Source of the DNA: an uncultured Planctomycetia bacterium | GTDB taxonomy: Bacteria > Omnitrophota > Gorgyraeia > Velamenicoccales > Velamenicoccaceae | Length of the DNA: 64,000 nt | Reading direction: 5' to 3' | Assembly (NCBI GenBank): GCA_964501505.1 | Contig: CAZCSY010000001.1 | Coordinates: 4,962-68,961 of the forward strand | Part shown: positions 32,560-41,993 of the stretch, one piece after another | How positions within the stretch are numbered: the stretch's first letter is position 1 | Layout of the letters: the number at the start of each line of letters is the position of its first letter | Notes under the pieces: generated by a model | What the model was told of the DNA's origin: nothing | The model's input: the letters and a program-made list of their open reading frames with translations, nothing else | Database searches by the model: none | Program-made: the position numbers and the translations under genes

Positions 32560-33753
32560 ATGGGATCGGTTAAGGTTGAACATTCGGTCGTTGCCGCGGC
32601 ACCCGAGGCCGTTGTCACCACGGCGCCGGGGCGGCGCGCGCCCATCGGGGACTATCGCAAGGTCGCCCTGTGGAAGGACGTCACCGACGATCAGTGGGAA
32701 GACTGGCACTGGCAGATCAAGAATCGCATCACGACCCTGGACCAGATCTCAAAAGTCTTGATCCTCACGCCCGACGAGGAAGAGGGTATCCGCAGATCGC
32801 GGGGGCGGCTCTCCATGGCGATCACGCCGTACTGGCTGACGTTGATGGATGCCAACGACCCTGAGTGTCCCATCCGCCGTCAGGCCGTTCCCTCCAAAGA
32901 CGAATTCGTTTTCGGCCCCAAGGAATTTGTCGATCCGTGCGCCGAGGACCGGGATGCGCCGGTCAGCGGTCTCGTGCACCGTTATCCGGACCGCGTGCTT
33001 CTCCTGGCGACGGAGCAGTGCGCCATGTATTGCCGCCACTGCACCAGGCGGCGTCTGGTGGGGGAGAAGGAGGCCCGCGCCCTCAACGAGAAGACGCTGG
33101 ACACAGCGGTTAGTTATATCAAGAGCAACCGGAAGATCCGCGATGTCCTCATCTCGGGCGGCGACCCGCTGATGCTCGAGGATGACGAGCTGGAGTCGAT
33201 CCTGCTGAAGATCAAGAGTATTTCCCATGTTGAATTTGTCCGCATCGGGACCCGCGTACCGGTGACGTTGCCCCAGCGGATCACGCCGGACCTCATCGAG
33301 CTGCTTAAGAAGTTCACGCCGCTATGGATTAGCATCCACTTCAACCATCCCCGTGAGATCAGCAGGCGCTGCAAGGCCGCCTGTGATATGCTGGTGGATG
33401 CGGGCATCCCGTTGGGCAGCCAGACGGTCCTCCTGAAGGGGGTCAACGACCGCCCCTACGTCATGAAGAAGCTCATGCATGAACTCCTGAAGGTCCGCGT
33501 GCGGCCCTACTACATCTATCAGTGCGACCCCGTCCGGGGCACGGCGCACTTCCGTACGCCGGTCGCCGTCGGGATCAATATTATCGATAAGTTGCGCGGC
33601 TTTACCTCCGGTTATGCCGTGCCCACCTATGTCGTCGACGCCCCGGGCGGCGGCGGCAAGATCCCCGTGAGTCCGAACTACCTCATCTCGCAGGACAAGG
33701 GTAAGCACATCCTGCGTAACTACAAAGGCAAGATCTACACGTACATCGAGTAG
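32560..33753 (+). CDS. kamA: lysine 2,3-aminomutase-family (KamA) radical SAM protein
   Basis: CAMYCRHCTRR cluster motif, ..ISGGDPL.., ..HFNHPREI.., ..QTVLLKGVND... ATG with RBS gaggggag. Confidence 0.85.
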   Translation: MGSVKVEHSVVAAAPEAVVTTAPGRRAPIGDYRKVALWKDVTDDQWEDWHWQIKNRITTLDQISKVLILTPDEEEGIRRSRGRLSMAITPYWLTLMDANDPECPIRRQAVPSKDEFVFGPKEFVDPCAEDRDAPVSGLVHRYPDRVLLLATEQCAMYCRHCTRRRLVGEKEARALNEKTLDTAVSYIKSNRKIRDVLISGGDPLMLEDDELESILLKIKSISHVEFVRIGTRVPVTLPQRITPDLIELLKKFTPLWISIHFNHPREISRRCKAACDMLVDAGIPLGSQTVLLKGVNDRPYVMKKLMHELLKVRVRPYYIYQCDPVRGTAHFRTPVAVGINIIDKLRGFTSGYAVPTYVVDAPGGGGKIPVSPNYLISQDKGKHILRNYKGKIYTYIE

Positions 33754-33900
33754 ACCTCCCAAAAGCGGAACAGTTTCCAATCTATTCGGGAAACACTTTT
33801 CAATTCCAAGTTGTTCGGGAAAGTGTTTTCGGGTTGTCCGTGGGCACCCCTTGCCATAATAAGGTAAAGGAGTGCCTGCCGGGCGCTTCCCACTGTCCGG

Positions 33901-33929
33901 TTGACGCCTCTGGGGCAATCGTTTATAAT
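33901..33929 (+). promoter_or_regulatory. near-consensus sigma70 promoter for the EF-G-like gene
   Basis: TTGACG (33901-33906), 17 nt, TATAAT (33924-33929). Confidence 0.55.
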
Positions 33930-34037
33930 AGAACCCTAACATTTTTCCCTTCAGCAGGTTACCCTGCGCCTTCTTCCAAAAGTCCCCTTAAGAAGGTGCG
34001 GGGTCGATGTTCGTTGCTTAACAAAGGGAGTCCTGAA

Positions 34038-35999
34038 ATGGAAAAGGTTAATCCTGAATTCAAAAGGACCATCGTCTTCGTCTCGCACGCCCAGGCCGGC
34101 AAGACCTCGTTGGTCGAGGCGCTTCTGTTTGCCGTCGGGGCGACGACGCGCAAAGGCACGGTCGCCGAAGGCAACACGGTCAGCGATTACAATACGGACG
34201 AGATCGCCAAGAAGAACTCCATCAACTCCAGCGTCATGCACGCTCCCTGGAAGAACCATGCCCTGCAGCTCGTCGATACCCCGGGGTACGCGGATTTTAT
34301 CGCGGACATGATTTGCGGTATCCGGGCGGTCGACGGCGCGGTGGTCGTGGTCGACGCCACCGCGGGCATCGAGGTCGGCACCGAGCGCGCCTGGGACAAA
34401 CTGGAAGAAAGGAATATCCCCCGTTTTATCTTCCTCAACAAGATGGACAAGGAAAACGTCAACCTGGACGAGTTGGTCCGGGAGATCCGCGAGCGGTTCT
34501 CCCGCGGGGCATGTCTCGTTTCATTTCCGCTCTCCTCCGAGTTGAAAGAGACGATCGCCGAATCGGACGACGCCCTGCTTGAGCAGTACCTCGACGCTAA
34601 AGAGATCGACGATGACCAGTACAAGAAGGCCCTGAAGGGTGCCGTGCTCCAGGGCAAGATCTTTCCCATTATCACCGGGTCGGCCGTAACGGATGCCGGG
34701 ATCAAGGAGCTTTTGGACGCGATCGTCGAGTATCTTCCTTCTCCGCTCGAACGGCCGCCGCTTCTGGGCCAGGACCCCGATTCGAAGGAGCCCAGAGAGA
34801 TCATCTGCAAGGAAGACGCGCCGCTATGCGCCCTGGTCTTCAAGTCGATATCAGATCCTTTCGTCGGTCAGTTGACGGTGATGCGTATTTTTTCCGGCCG
34901 GCTTGACGCAAATACGGGTTTTTATAATGTAACCCGCGGCACGAAAGAGAGGGTCGGTAACCTGATGATCCTGCAGGGCAAGGAGCAGCGTTCCGTGCCC
35001 TCGGCGTCGTGCGGGGACATCGTGGCCGTCGCTAAGCTCAAGGAGACACTGTTGGGCGATTCTATCGGCGACGGCAAGACGTCGGTCCTTCTGCCGCCTT
35101 TCGTCTTGCCGGAGCCGGTCTTCTCCTCGTCGATCAAGCCCAAGACGCGCCAGGACGAAGAGAAGATCTCCGAGGCGCTGGCCAAGCTGTGCGCCAGCGA
35201 TCCGACCTTCAAGATCAACCGTGACGCCCAGACCAAAGAACTCGTCATCACGGGCATGGGCGACCAGCACATCGACGTCATGGTCAGGCGCCTGAAAGAG
35301 CGCTACAACGTGCACGTGGAGATCGGGACCCCTAAGGTGCCGTACAAGGAGACGATCAAAAAGGCGGCCAAGGCCCAGGGCAAACACAAAAAGCAGTCCG
35401 GCGGACGCGGGCAGTACGCCGACGTGTGGCTGGAGCTGGCGCCGCTGGAGCGGGGCAAGGATTTTGAGTTTGTCGATGAGATCGTTGGCGGCGCGATTCC
35501 CCGTAACTACATTCCCTCGGTTGAAAAGGGGGTCCGCAGGGCGATGACCGAAGGGGTGATGACCACCTTTCCCATGGTCGACCTGCGCGCCACCGTCTAT
35601 GACGGCTCCTACCACGAGGTCGATTCCTCGGATATCGCCTTTCAGATCGCTGGCGCCTTGGCCTTTCGCAAGGCGGCGCTGGAGGCGGGTCCCATCCTCC
35701 TGGAACCGATCATGGAGGCCGAGGTCTGTGTCCCCGAGGAGTTCATGGGCGCGATCCCGGCGGACCTGAACAGCCGCCGGGGACGGGTCCTGGGTGTCGA
35801 GGCACGGGGCAAGAACCAGACCATCAAGGCCCTCGTGCCGCTGGCCGAGATGTTTCGCTACGCCTCGGACCTGCGCTCGATGACGGGCGGCCGCGGGAAC
35901 TATACGATGCACTACGTCGGTTACGAAGAGGTTCCGCAGAAGATCATCCAGCAGATTGTCGCCCAGAACCCACGCCACAAGGGGCAGGAGGAGGGATAG
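34038..35999 (+). CDS. elongation factor G paralogue
   Basis: G-domain SHAQAGKTS / DTPGYADF / NKMD plus EF-G domains II-V. The P-loop differs from the canonical AHIDAGKTT. Confidence 0.85.
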   Translation: MEKVNPEFKRTIVFVSHAQAGKTSLVEALLFAVGATTRKGTVAEGNTVSDYNTDEIAKKNSINSSVMHAPWKNHALQLVDTPGYADFIADMICGIRAVDGAVVVVDATAGIEVGTERAWDKLEERNIPRFIFLNKMDKENVNLDELVREIRERFSRGACLVSFPLSSELKETIAESDDALLEQYLDAKEIDDDQYKKALKGAVLQGKIFPIITGSAVTDAGIKELLDAIVEYLPSPLERPPLLGQDPDSKEPREIICKEDAPLCALVFKSISDPFVGQLTVMRIFSGRLDANTGFYNVTRGTKERVGNLMILQGKEQRSVPSASCGDIVAVAKLKETLLGDSIGDGKTSVLLPPFVLPEPVFSSSIKPKTRQDEEKISEALAKLCASDPTFKINRDAQTKELVITGMGDQHIDVMVRRLKERYNVHVEIGTPKVPYKETIKKAAKAQGKHKKQSGGRGQYADVWLELAPLERGKDFEFVDEIVGGAIPRNYIPSVEKGVRRAMTEGVMTTFPMVDLRATVYDGSYHEVDSSDIAFQIAGALAFRKAALEAGPILLEPIMEAEVCVPEEFMGAIPADLNSRRGRVLGVEARGKNQTIKALVPLAEMFRYASDLRSMTGGRGNYTMHYVGYEEVPQKIIQQIVAQNPRHKGQEEG

Positions 36000-36004
36000 T
36001 ACCG

Positions 36005-36706
36005 ATGAAGGCGAGCGTCACCGGTATCCCGGATTTTCCTTTTGGCAAGAAACCCCTTGTCGATGAGAGAATGAAGGTCCTCCAGGGTCTTTACAAGTCG
36101 CAGAAGGCGACGTCCGTCCAGATCGAGTATACTTCGGATAAGGACATAAAGACCGCCGACGCGATTGTCTGTCTAAAAGAGCGTCAGCTCGACCTCGTCA
36201 TCATGGACATGCAAATGCTGGAGGCGCGGCTCCAGAAAACCCTGACGGAAGCAGAGGGGGTGCTCCTGCGGCGCGCGCAGGCTTCTCTGGAAAAAGAGGA
36301 ATTTTTGAACGCGGCCGCATGGAACGAGGAAGAAAAAAAGATCCTCGTCAATAGCAACCTCGTGACGCTCAAGCCCGTCGTCCTCATCGCGTCCCAGGAG
36401 ATTGAAGATTTGCCGGCATTGACGCGTCGCGTCTTTGACGCGGCCGGCCGCATCGTCTTTTTGACCGCCGGGGCCAAAGAGGCTCGGGCTTGGGAGTTAC
36501 GCCGCGGCAGCACGGCCCTGGACGCGGCCGGCGCGGTCCACTCCGATATCGCGCGCGGCTTCATCCGTGCCGAGGTGATGCCGTTCGCGGAGCTCGCGAA
36601 GATGGGCAACGTGCACCAGGCCAAGGCCTCCGGCTGCCTGCGCCAGGAAAACAAGGAGTACGTCGTTGAGGACGGCGATGTCATCGAGTTCAAGTTCAGC
36701 GTGTGA
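36005..36706 (+). CDS. YchF-like protein lacking the P-loop (DUF933/TGS-type C-terminus)
   Basis: C-terminus ..AVHSDIARGFIRAEVMPF..ASGCLRQENKEYVVEDGDVIEFKFSV matches the YchF C-terminal domain. No GxxxxGKS is present. Confidence 0.65.
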   Translation: MKASVTGIPDFPFGKKPLVDERMKVLQGLYKSQKATSVQIEYTSDKDIKTADAIVCLKERQLDLVIMDMQMLEARLQKTLTEAEGVLLRRAQASLEKEEFLNAAAWNEEEKKILVNSNLVTLKPVVLIASQEIEDLPALTRRVFDAAGRIVFLTAGAKEARAWELRRGSTALDAAGAVHSDIARGFIRAEVMPFAELAKMGNVHQAKASGCLRQENKEYVVEDGDVIEFKFSV

Positions 36707-36714
36707 GGAGTGCC

Positions 36715-38289
36715 ATGTTACAGATCAAGAGGGCGTTGATCAGCGTTTCGGATAAGGCGGGGATCACGGAGTTTGCACGGACGTTGACGGGGCTCGGCGT
36801 CGAGATCGTCTCGACCGGCGGCACGGCAAAGATGCTCAAGGCCGCGGGGATACCCGTGATCGAGATGTCCGATTACACGGGCTTCCCCGAGATGATGGAC
36901 GGCCGCGTCAAGACGCTGCACCCGAAGATCCACGGCGGCCTCCTGTCGGTGCGCGAAAACCCTGAGCACATGCGCCAGGCCCAGGAGCACGACATCGGCC
37001 TCATCGACATGGTCGTCGTGAACCTGTATCCTTTCGAAGAGACGATCAGCCGCAGGGGCGCGACCCTGTCTCAAGCGATCGAGAACATCGATATCGGTGG
37101 TCCGTCGATGCTGCGCTCGGCCGCCAAGAACTACCGTTCTGTGGCGGTCGTGCCGGACCCCAAGTATTACGGCCGCGTCACCGAGGCGCTGACGCGGCAC
37201 GCCGGGTGCGTGCCGGACGGCCTCTTGGAAGAGATGGCGGTCGAGGTCTTCAAGCTGACGGCGCACTACGACAGCGTCATCGCCGGCTACCTTCAGAATA
37301 AATTGAGCGGGCAGGGATTGCATCCTCTGGCCGAACTGCCCCGAATCTTCTGTGTCACGCTCATGCAGACGGCCTTGTTGCGTTACGGGGAGAATCCGCA
37401 TCAGAAGGCTGCGCTGTACCGCATGCCGGAGGCATTGAGCCCGCACTTTCTGGTCAACGCCAGGCAGCTGCACGGCAAAGAACTCTCTTTTAATAATTAT
37501 CTGGATCTCGACGCCGCCCTCGCGCTCATGCGGGAATTCGAGCGGCCGGCGGCCTGCGTGATCAAGCATAACAATCCCACGGGCGTTGCCGAGAACGCCC
37601 GCCTATCGGTGGCCTTGCGCCAGGCCTGGGATACGGATCCCCTTTCGGCCTTCGGCGGCATCATCGGTCTGAACCGACCGGTGGATGCCGCGACGGCCAG
37701 GGTGATTTTAAAGGCGGGTTTCTGCGAGTGCGTCTTAGCGCCTCGTTTCACCACCGAGGCCCTGACGTTCTTGAAGACCAAAAAGAACGTGCGTCTCGTC
37801 GAGGTATCGGTGACCGACACGCCCCAGCGCGACCCCTTTGACTTCAAGAAGATAGACGGCGGGATCCTGATCCAGCAGGAGGACGACCTGGATTACAAGG
37901 AGAGCGACCTGCGCGTCGCCACGCGCCGCCGGCCGACACAACGGGAACGGACGGCGCTGTCCTTTGCCTGGAAGGTGGTCAAACACGTCAGGTCCAACGC
38001 CATTGTCCTGGCGGACGGCAGGAAGACCGTCGGCATCGGGATGGGTGAGACGAGCCGCGTCGATTCGGTCTACATGGCCGTCAAGCGCGCCGGGGAGCGC
38101 GCCAGGAAGTCTGTCTTGGCCAGCGACGCCTTTTTTCCTAAGGACGACAATATCGCCCTGGCCCGCCGCGCCGGCGTCACGGCCATCATCCAGCCCGGCG
38201 GCTCGATCGCCGATGCGGCGGTGATCGAGGCCGCGGACCGCGCCAAGATGGCGATGGTTTTTACCGGCATCCGTCATTTCAAGCATTGA
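36715..38289 (+). CDS. purH: bifunctional AICAR transformylase / IMP cyclohydrolase
   Basis: ..RALISVSDK..GGTAK..VKTLHPKIHGGLL..IQPGGSI..TGIRHFKH. Confidence 0.92.
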   Translation: MLQIKRALISVSDKAGITEFARTLTGLGVEIVSTGGTAKMLKAAGIPVIEMSDYTGFPEMMDGRVKTLHPKIHGGLLSVRENPEHMRQAQEHDIGLIDMVVVNLYPFEETISRRGATLSQAIENIDIGGPSMLRSAAKNYRSVAVVPDPKYYGRVTEALTRHAGCVPDGLLEEMAVEVFKLTAHYDSVIAGYLQNKLSGQGLHPLAELPRIFCVTLMQTALLRYGENPHQKAALYRMPEALSPHFLVNARQLHGKELSFNNYLDLDAALALMREFERPAACVIKHNNPTGVAENARLSVALRQAWDTDPLSAFGGIIGLNRPVDAATARVILKAGFCECVLAPRFTTEALTFLKTKKNVRLVEVSVTDTPQRDPFDFKKIDGGILIQQEDDLDYKESDLRVATRRRPTQRERTALSFAWKVVKHVRSNAIVLADGRKTVGIGMGETSRVDSVYMAVKRAGERARKSVLASDAFFPKDDNIALARRAGVTAIIQPGGSIADAAVIEAADRAKMAMVFTGIRHFKH

Positions 38290-38295
38290 GTCCCC

Positions 38296-39672
38296 ATGAC
38301 GTACGAAGAGGCCCTTTCCTACCTCGAAAGCTTCATTGATTATGAGAAGAGGACCGTGACGCACTACCGCACGGCCTTCAAGATCGAGCGGATCAGGAAA
38401 CTCCTGACCAACATCGGTGAGCCGCAGGACAGCTTTAAGGTCGTCCATGTGGCCGGGACAAAGGGCAAAGGGTCCACGTCCTGTTTTATCGCGCATATCC
38501 TGCGGGAGAACGGCCTTCGCGTCGGGCTCTACACCTCGCCGCACCTCAATGACCTGCGCGAGCGCATCCGCATCCTCGACGTTCACCACCAGGCCGATAC
38601 CCGTCAGGTCTTTGCGGGGATGATCCTCAAGAATGAATTCGCCGAGATCCTTTCATCGATCCGGTCGCAGATCGATTTTTTCCGTCGCTCTTTTCAGAAC
38701 TACGGGGCGTTGACCTTTTTTGAGATTCTGACCGCCGTGGCGATGACGTATTTCCGCAACAAGGGCGTCGACATCGCGGTGCTGGAGACGGGGCTCGGAG
38801 GCCGCCTGGATGCGACGAACGCCGCGCGCTCCCACGTCAGCGTGTTGACGCCGATCAGTTACGATCACGAGAAGGTGCTGGGTTCTACCCTGGCGGAGAT
38901 AGCCTTTGAAAAGGCGGGGATCCTCAAGACGGAAAATATCCGTACCTCCGAAGGGCTCTCGGTCGCCGTGACCGCGGCTCAGGAGAAGTCCGTGGCGCAG
39001 GTGTTGCGCCGCCGCGCCAAGGCCGTCGAGTGCCTTCTCCTCGAGATGGAGAAGGATTTTTTTTACAAGAAGCTGTCCGCCAGTCTCTCCGGTCAGGACA
39101 TTTATTATTCGGGCCTGAACCGCGATTCGCGATTTTTTTCGGTCAAGATGCTGGGGGGTCACCAGTTGATCAACGCGTCGTTGGCCGTGGCCGCCTGCGA
39201 GGCGCTGGGGCCCTACGGGATCAAGGTCACCGGCGATGCGATGAGCCGCGGCTTAGCTCAAACCTACTGGCCGGGGCGCCTAGAGGTGATCCGCACCCAG
39301 CCCTTTATCATCCTGGACGGCGCGCACAACCGCGAGTCGGCCAGCTGCCTGGCCACTTTTCTCGAGCTGGAATTCAAAAAAATGCGCAAGTGGTTTGTGT
39401 TAGGGGTCTGTCAGGATAAGGACATCCGCGGCGTTGTCCAGGAATTGGAGCCGTTGGCTGACAAGATCGTCCTGACGCGAGCCAGCAATTCCCGCGCGGC
39501 GGATCCCGCCGAGATCGGCCGCAATTACCTGCGTAAGAAACCGTACGCGGTGACGGCGACCGTTGAGGAGGCGCTCAATCTTGTCAACAGGGATTCTTCT
39601 CCTGATGACTTGGTCGTGGTCACCGGTTCCCTCTTTGTGGTCGGCGAGGCGAAGGCATTATGTCAAGGTTAG
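38296..39672 (+). CDS. folC: folylpolyglutamate synthase / dihydrofolate synthase
   Basis: VAGTKGKGST P-loop, ..VLETGLGGRLDATN.., ..LDGAHN.. Confidence 0.88.
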   Translation: MTYEEALSYLESFIDYEKRTVTHYRTAFKIERIRKLLTNIGEPQDSFKVVHVAGTKGKGSTSCFIAHILRENGLRVGLYTSPHLNDLRERIRILDVHHQADTRQVFAGMILKNEFAEILSSIRSQIDFFRRSFQNYGALTFFEILTAVAMTYFRNKGVDIAVLETGLGGRLDATNAARSHVSVLTPISYDHEKVLGSTLAEIAFEKAGILKTENIRTSEGLSVAVTAAQEKSVAQVLRRRAKAVECLLLEMEKDFFYKKLSASLSGQDIYYSGLNRDSRFFSVKMLGGHQLINASLAVAACEALGPYGIKVTGDAMSRGLAQTYWPGRLEVIRTQPFIILDGAHNRESASCLATFLELEFKKMRKWFVLGVCQDKDIRGVVQELEPLADKIVLTRASNSRAADPAEIGRNYLRKKPYAVTATVEEALNLVNRDSSPDDLVVVTGSLFVVGEAKALCQG

Positions 39673-41078
39673 ACCTGGATGATACGATAGCCGCTGTGGC
39701 AACGGCTCGGGGGGAGGGGGCGGTGGGCATCGTGCGCCTCAGCGGTCCTCAGGCCCTCTGCGTCGTTGATAAGATTTTTCTTGCCCGCAACCGGCGATCC
39801 CTCTTCGAACAGCCTGATTTCACGATGCGTCTGGGCTGGGTCGTGCGCGACGCCCGCGGCCGACAGGCGCCGTCCGGCCGGCCCAGCGATGTCGTCGATG
39901 AGGTGCTCGTCTCGGTGATGCGCGCGCCGAGGAGCTACACGCGCGAGGATGTCGTCGAGGTGAACGCCCACGGCGGCATGCACGCGCTCCAGACGATCCT
40001 GAAGCTTATCCTGGAAGGCGGTGCGCGGCTGGCTGAACCAGGCGAGTTCACGCGCCGCGCCTTTTTGAACGGTCGCCTGGATCTGGTCCAGGCGGAAGCG
40101 GTCTTGGACGTGGTCCGCGCCAAAGGCGACTGGGCGCTCAAGAACAGCGAGCGTCAGCTTTTGGGCGCTTTGTCGCGCGTCTTTTGCGAAATGCACGATC
40201 ACCTCATCGGCCTCCTGGCCGACATGGAGGCGGTCCTTGATTTTCCGGAGGAAGGGACGGGCCCGGCGGAGACGCGGCGTTTTGTGCCGCTCATCGCGCA
40301 GGCTGCCGACAGAATGGATGCCCACGTGAGGCGCAGCGCCCAGGGCCGCCTGATGCGCGAAGGCCTGAAGGTCGTGATCATCGGCCGGACGAACGTCGGC
40401 AAGTCTTCATTACTCAACGCGTTGCTGCGCCAGGAGCGGGCGATCGTGACGCCCATCCCCGGCACGACGCGCGATACGGTCGAAGAGACCATTCCTATTC
40501 AGGGGCTGGCGGTCCAGCTTATCGATACCGCCGGGATCGCCGTCGCCCGCGACGCAGTAGAAGTTGAGGCCTTGGCGCGCAGCCGGCAGGCCCTGGCGCA
40601 GGCCGATGTCGTCCTGTTTGTTCTGGATGGATCGGTGGGCCTCCAGGACGATGACAGGCGGCTCTTTGAGTCTCTTGCCGATAAGACGCATCTCATCGTT
40701 ATCAACAAGTCTGACTTGCCGCGCGCCTGGGACAGGGGGGCGCTGTGTCGTTGGACCGCCCGGCCGGTGATCGATGTGTCCGCGCGCACCGGCGAGCATA
40801 TCATGGAACTGGAACAGGTAGTCCTGAAGAGCGTCTTCGACGGGCCGCCGGCCTGGGAGGAGGGGGCGTGGGTCTCGAACGCCCGCCATATCGAGGCGCT
40901 GCGCCGCGGCCGTGAGGGGCTCATGCGGGCCGTCGATTCGCTCAAGAAGGGGTTGCCCCTGGATGTGGCGGCCCTCGACGTGCGCGCCGCCGCAGAGAGC
41001 ATCGGCGAGATCACCGGTACTCTCTGCAGCGACGAGGTCCTCGACGCCATCTTTTCCAAATTCTGCATCGGCAAGTGA
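39660..41078 (+). CDS. mnmE: tRNA modification GTPase MnmE
   Basis: ..DTIAAVATA..GAVGIVRLSG.., GRTNVGKSSLLN, DTAG and a C-terminal FCIGK. Confidence 0.9.
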   Translation: MSRLDLDDTIAAVATARGEGAVGIVRLSGPQALCVVDKIFLARNRRSLFEQPDFTMRLGWVVRDARGRQAPSGRPSDVVDEVLVSVMRAPRSYTREDVVEVNAHGGMHALQTILKLILEGGARLAEPGEFTRRAFLNGRLDLVQAEAVLDVVRAKGDWALKNSERQLLGALSRVFCEMHDHLIGLLADMEAVLDFPEEGTGPAETRRFVPLIAQAADRMDAHVRRSAQGRLMREGLKVVIIGRTNVGKSSLLNALLRQERAIVTPIPGTTRDTVEETIPIQGLAVQLIDTAGIAVARDAVEVEALARSRQALAQADVVLFVLDGSVGLQDDDRRLFESLADKTHLIVINKSDLPRAWDRGALCRWTARPVIDVSARTGEHIMELEQVVLKSVFDGPPAWEEGAWVSNARHIEALRRGREGLMRAVDSLKKGLPLDVAALDVRAAAESIGEITGTLCSDEVLDAIFSKFCIGK

Positions 41079-41216
41079 GACCTCCAGTTTGCCCCGTATC
41101 ACGGGAAGGCAAGGGCTGGTGATAGGGGGTAAACCCCCTATCACGGGAAGGTGAGAGCCGGTGACGCGGGACCTCCGGCCCCGCATCACAGGAAGGCAAG
41201 AGCCGGTGACGCGGGG
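41079..41216 (+). repeat. three tandem conserved hairpins between mnmE and folE
   Basis: Units at 41092-41129, 41134-41170 and 41179-41216. Pattern: CCCC(g/c)(t/c)ATCAC-(g/a)GGAAGG(c/t)(a/g)AG(g/a)GC(t/c)G-GTGA(t/c)(a/g)(g/c)GGG. Units 1 and 3 are each preceded by GACCTCC. Confidence 0.7.
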
Positions 41217-41246
41217 CCTTCGGCGGGATAGGAGTGAGGGTAAATC

Positions 41247-41810
41247 ATGGACAAGAAGAAGATCGAGAAGGCGATACGCATGATCCTGGAGGCGATCGGG
41301 GAGGACCCGCACCGCCGGGACCTGGAGGAGACGCCCGAGCGCGTGGCGGACATGTATGAGGAGATATTTCTGGGTCTCAGCGAGGACCCCAAGAAGGAGC
41401 TGGAGGTCATCCTTGACCAGAAGCACGAAGAGATCGTCCTTTTAAAAGACATCCCGCTCTATTCCGTCTGCGAACACCACCTCATCCCGTTCATCGGTCG
41501 GGCGCACGTGGCGTATATCCCGAAGGGCGGACGGGTGACGGGCCTGAGCAAGATCGCCCGCGTGGTAGAGATCCTCTCCAGGCGGCCACAGGTGCAGGAG
41601 CGGTTGACGACCCAGGTGGCCGGCGTGATCATGGACAAGCTCAAGCCTTTGGGGGTGATGGTGGTGATTGAGGCCGAGCACCTGTGCCTGAGCATGCGCG
41701 GGGTGAAGAAGCCCGGTATCACGACGGTGACGAGCGCGGTCCGTGGGGTCTTCAAGGAGAACGAAAAGACGCGCTCGGAGACCCTGGCGCTTATCAAGGG
41801 AGTCCGGTAG
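41247..41810 (+). CDS. folE: GTP cyclohydrolase I
   Basis: ..[34 protein letters not shown].. Confidence 0.92.
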   Translation: MDKKKIEKAIRMILEAIGEDPHRRDLEETPERVADMYEEIFLGLSEDPKKELEVILDQKHEEIVLLKDIPLYSVCEHHLIPFIGRAHVAYIPKGGRVTGLSKIARVVEILSRRPQVQERLTTQVAGVIMDKLKPLGVMVVIEAEHLCLSMRGVKKPGITTVTSAVRGVFKENEKTRSETLALIKGVR

Positions 41811-41814
41811 GCCT

Positions 41815-41843
41815 TTGACAATTGTGGAGGATTATGCTATAAA
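41815..41843 (+). promoter_or_regulatory. near-consensus sigma70 promoter immediately after folE
   Basis: TTGACA (41815-41820), 17 nt, TATAAA (41838-41843). Confidence 0.45.
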
Positions 41844-41885
41844 AAGCATAAGCACGGCGTCGGTGCTTGCGAAAGAAGGCAATGG

Positions 41886-41913
41886 GGCGTTCTTGAGAGA
41901 GAACGCCTTTTTT
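41886..41913 (+). terminator. intrinsic terminator
   Basis: GGCGTTCT-tgagag-AGAACGCC followed by TTTTTT. Confidence 0.65.
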
Positions 41914-41993
41914 GTTGCCCGGAGAGGGCTATCTGCCTTAACGGCCCTGCGGTGAAGGGCGCCATATTTTTAGGTTGACAAAAAGGGGAAGAG

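Noticed and set aside
33754-34037. Operon link between kamA and the EF-G paralogue (beta-lysylation of a translation factor).
   Set aside because: A hairpin (AAACACTTT..AAAGTGTTT) follows the kamA stop, and a near-consensus promoter (33901-33929) precedes the EF-G gene. This argues for separate transcription, so the adjacency alone does not support a functional link.
41079-41216. CRISPR mini-array, or a known THF/preQ1 riboswitch, upstream of folE.
   Set aside because: The units abut each other with no spacer-sized unique segments, and there are no cas genes. I could not match the hairpins to THF-I/II or preQ1 consensus features by eye. An Rfam scan would be decisive.
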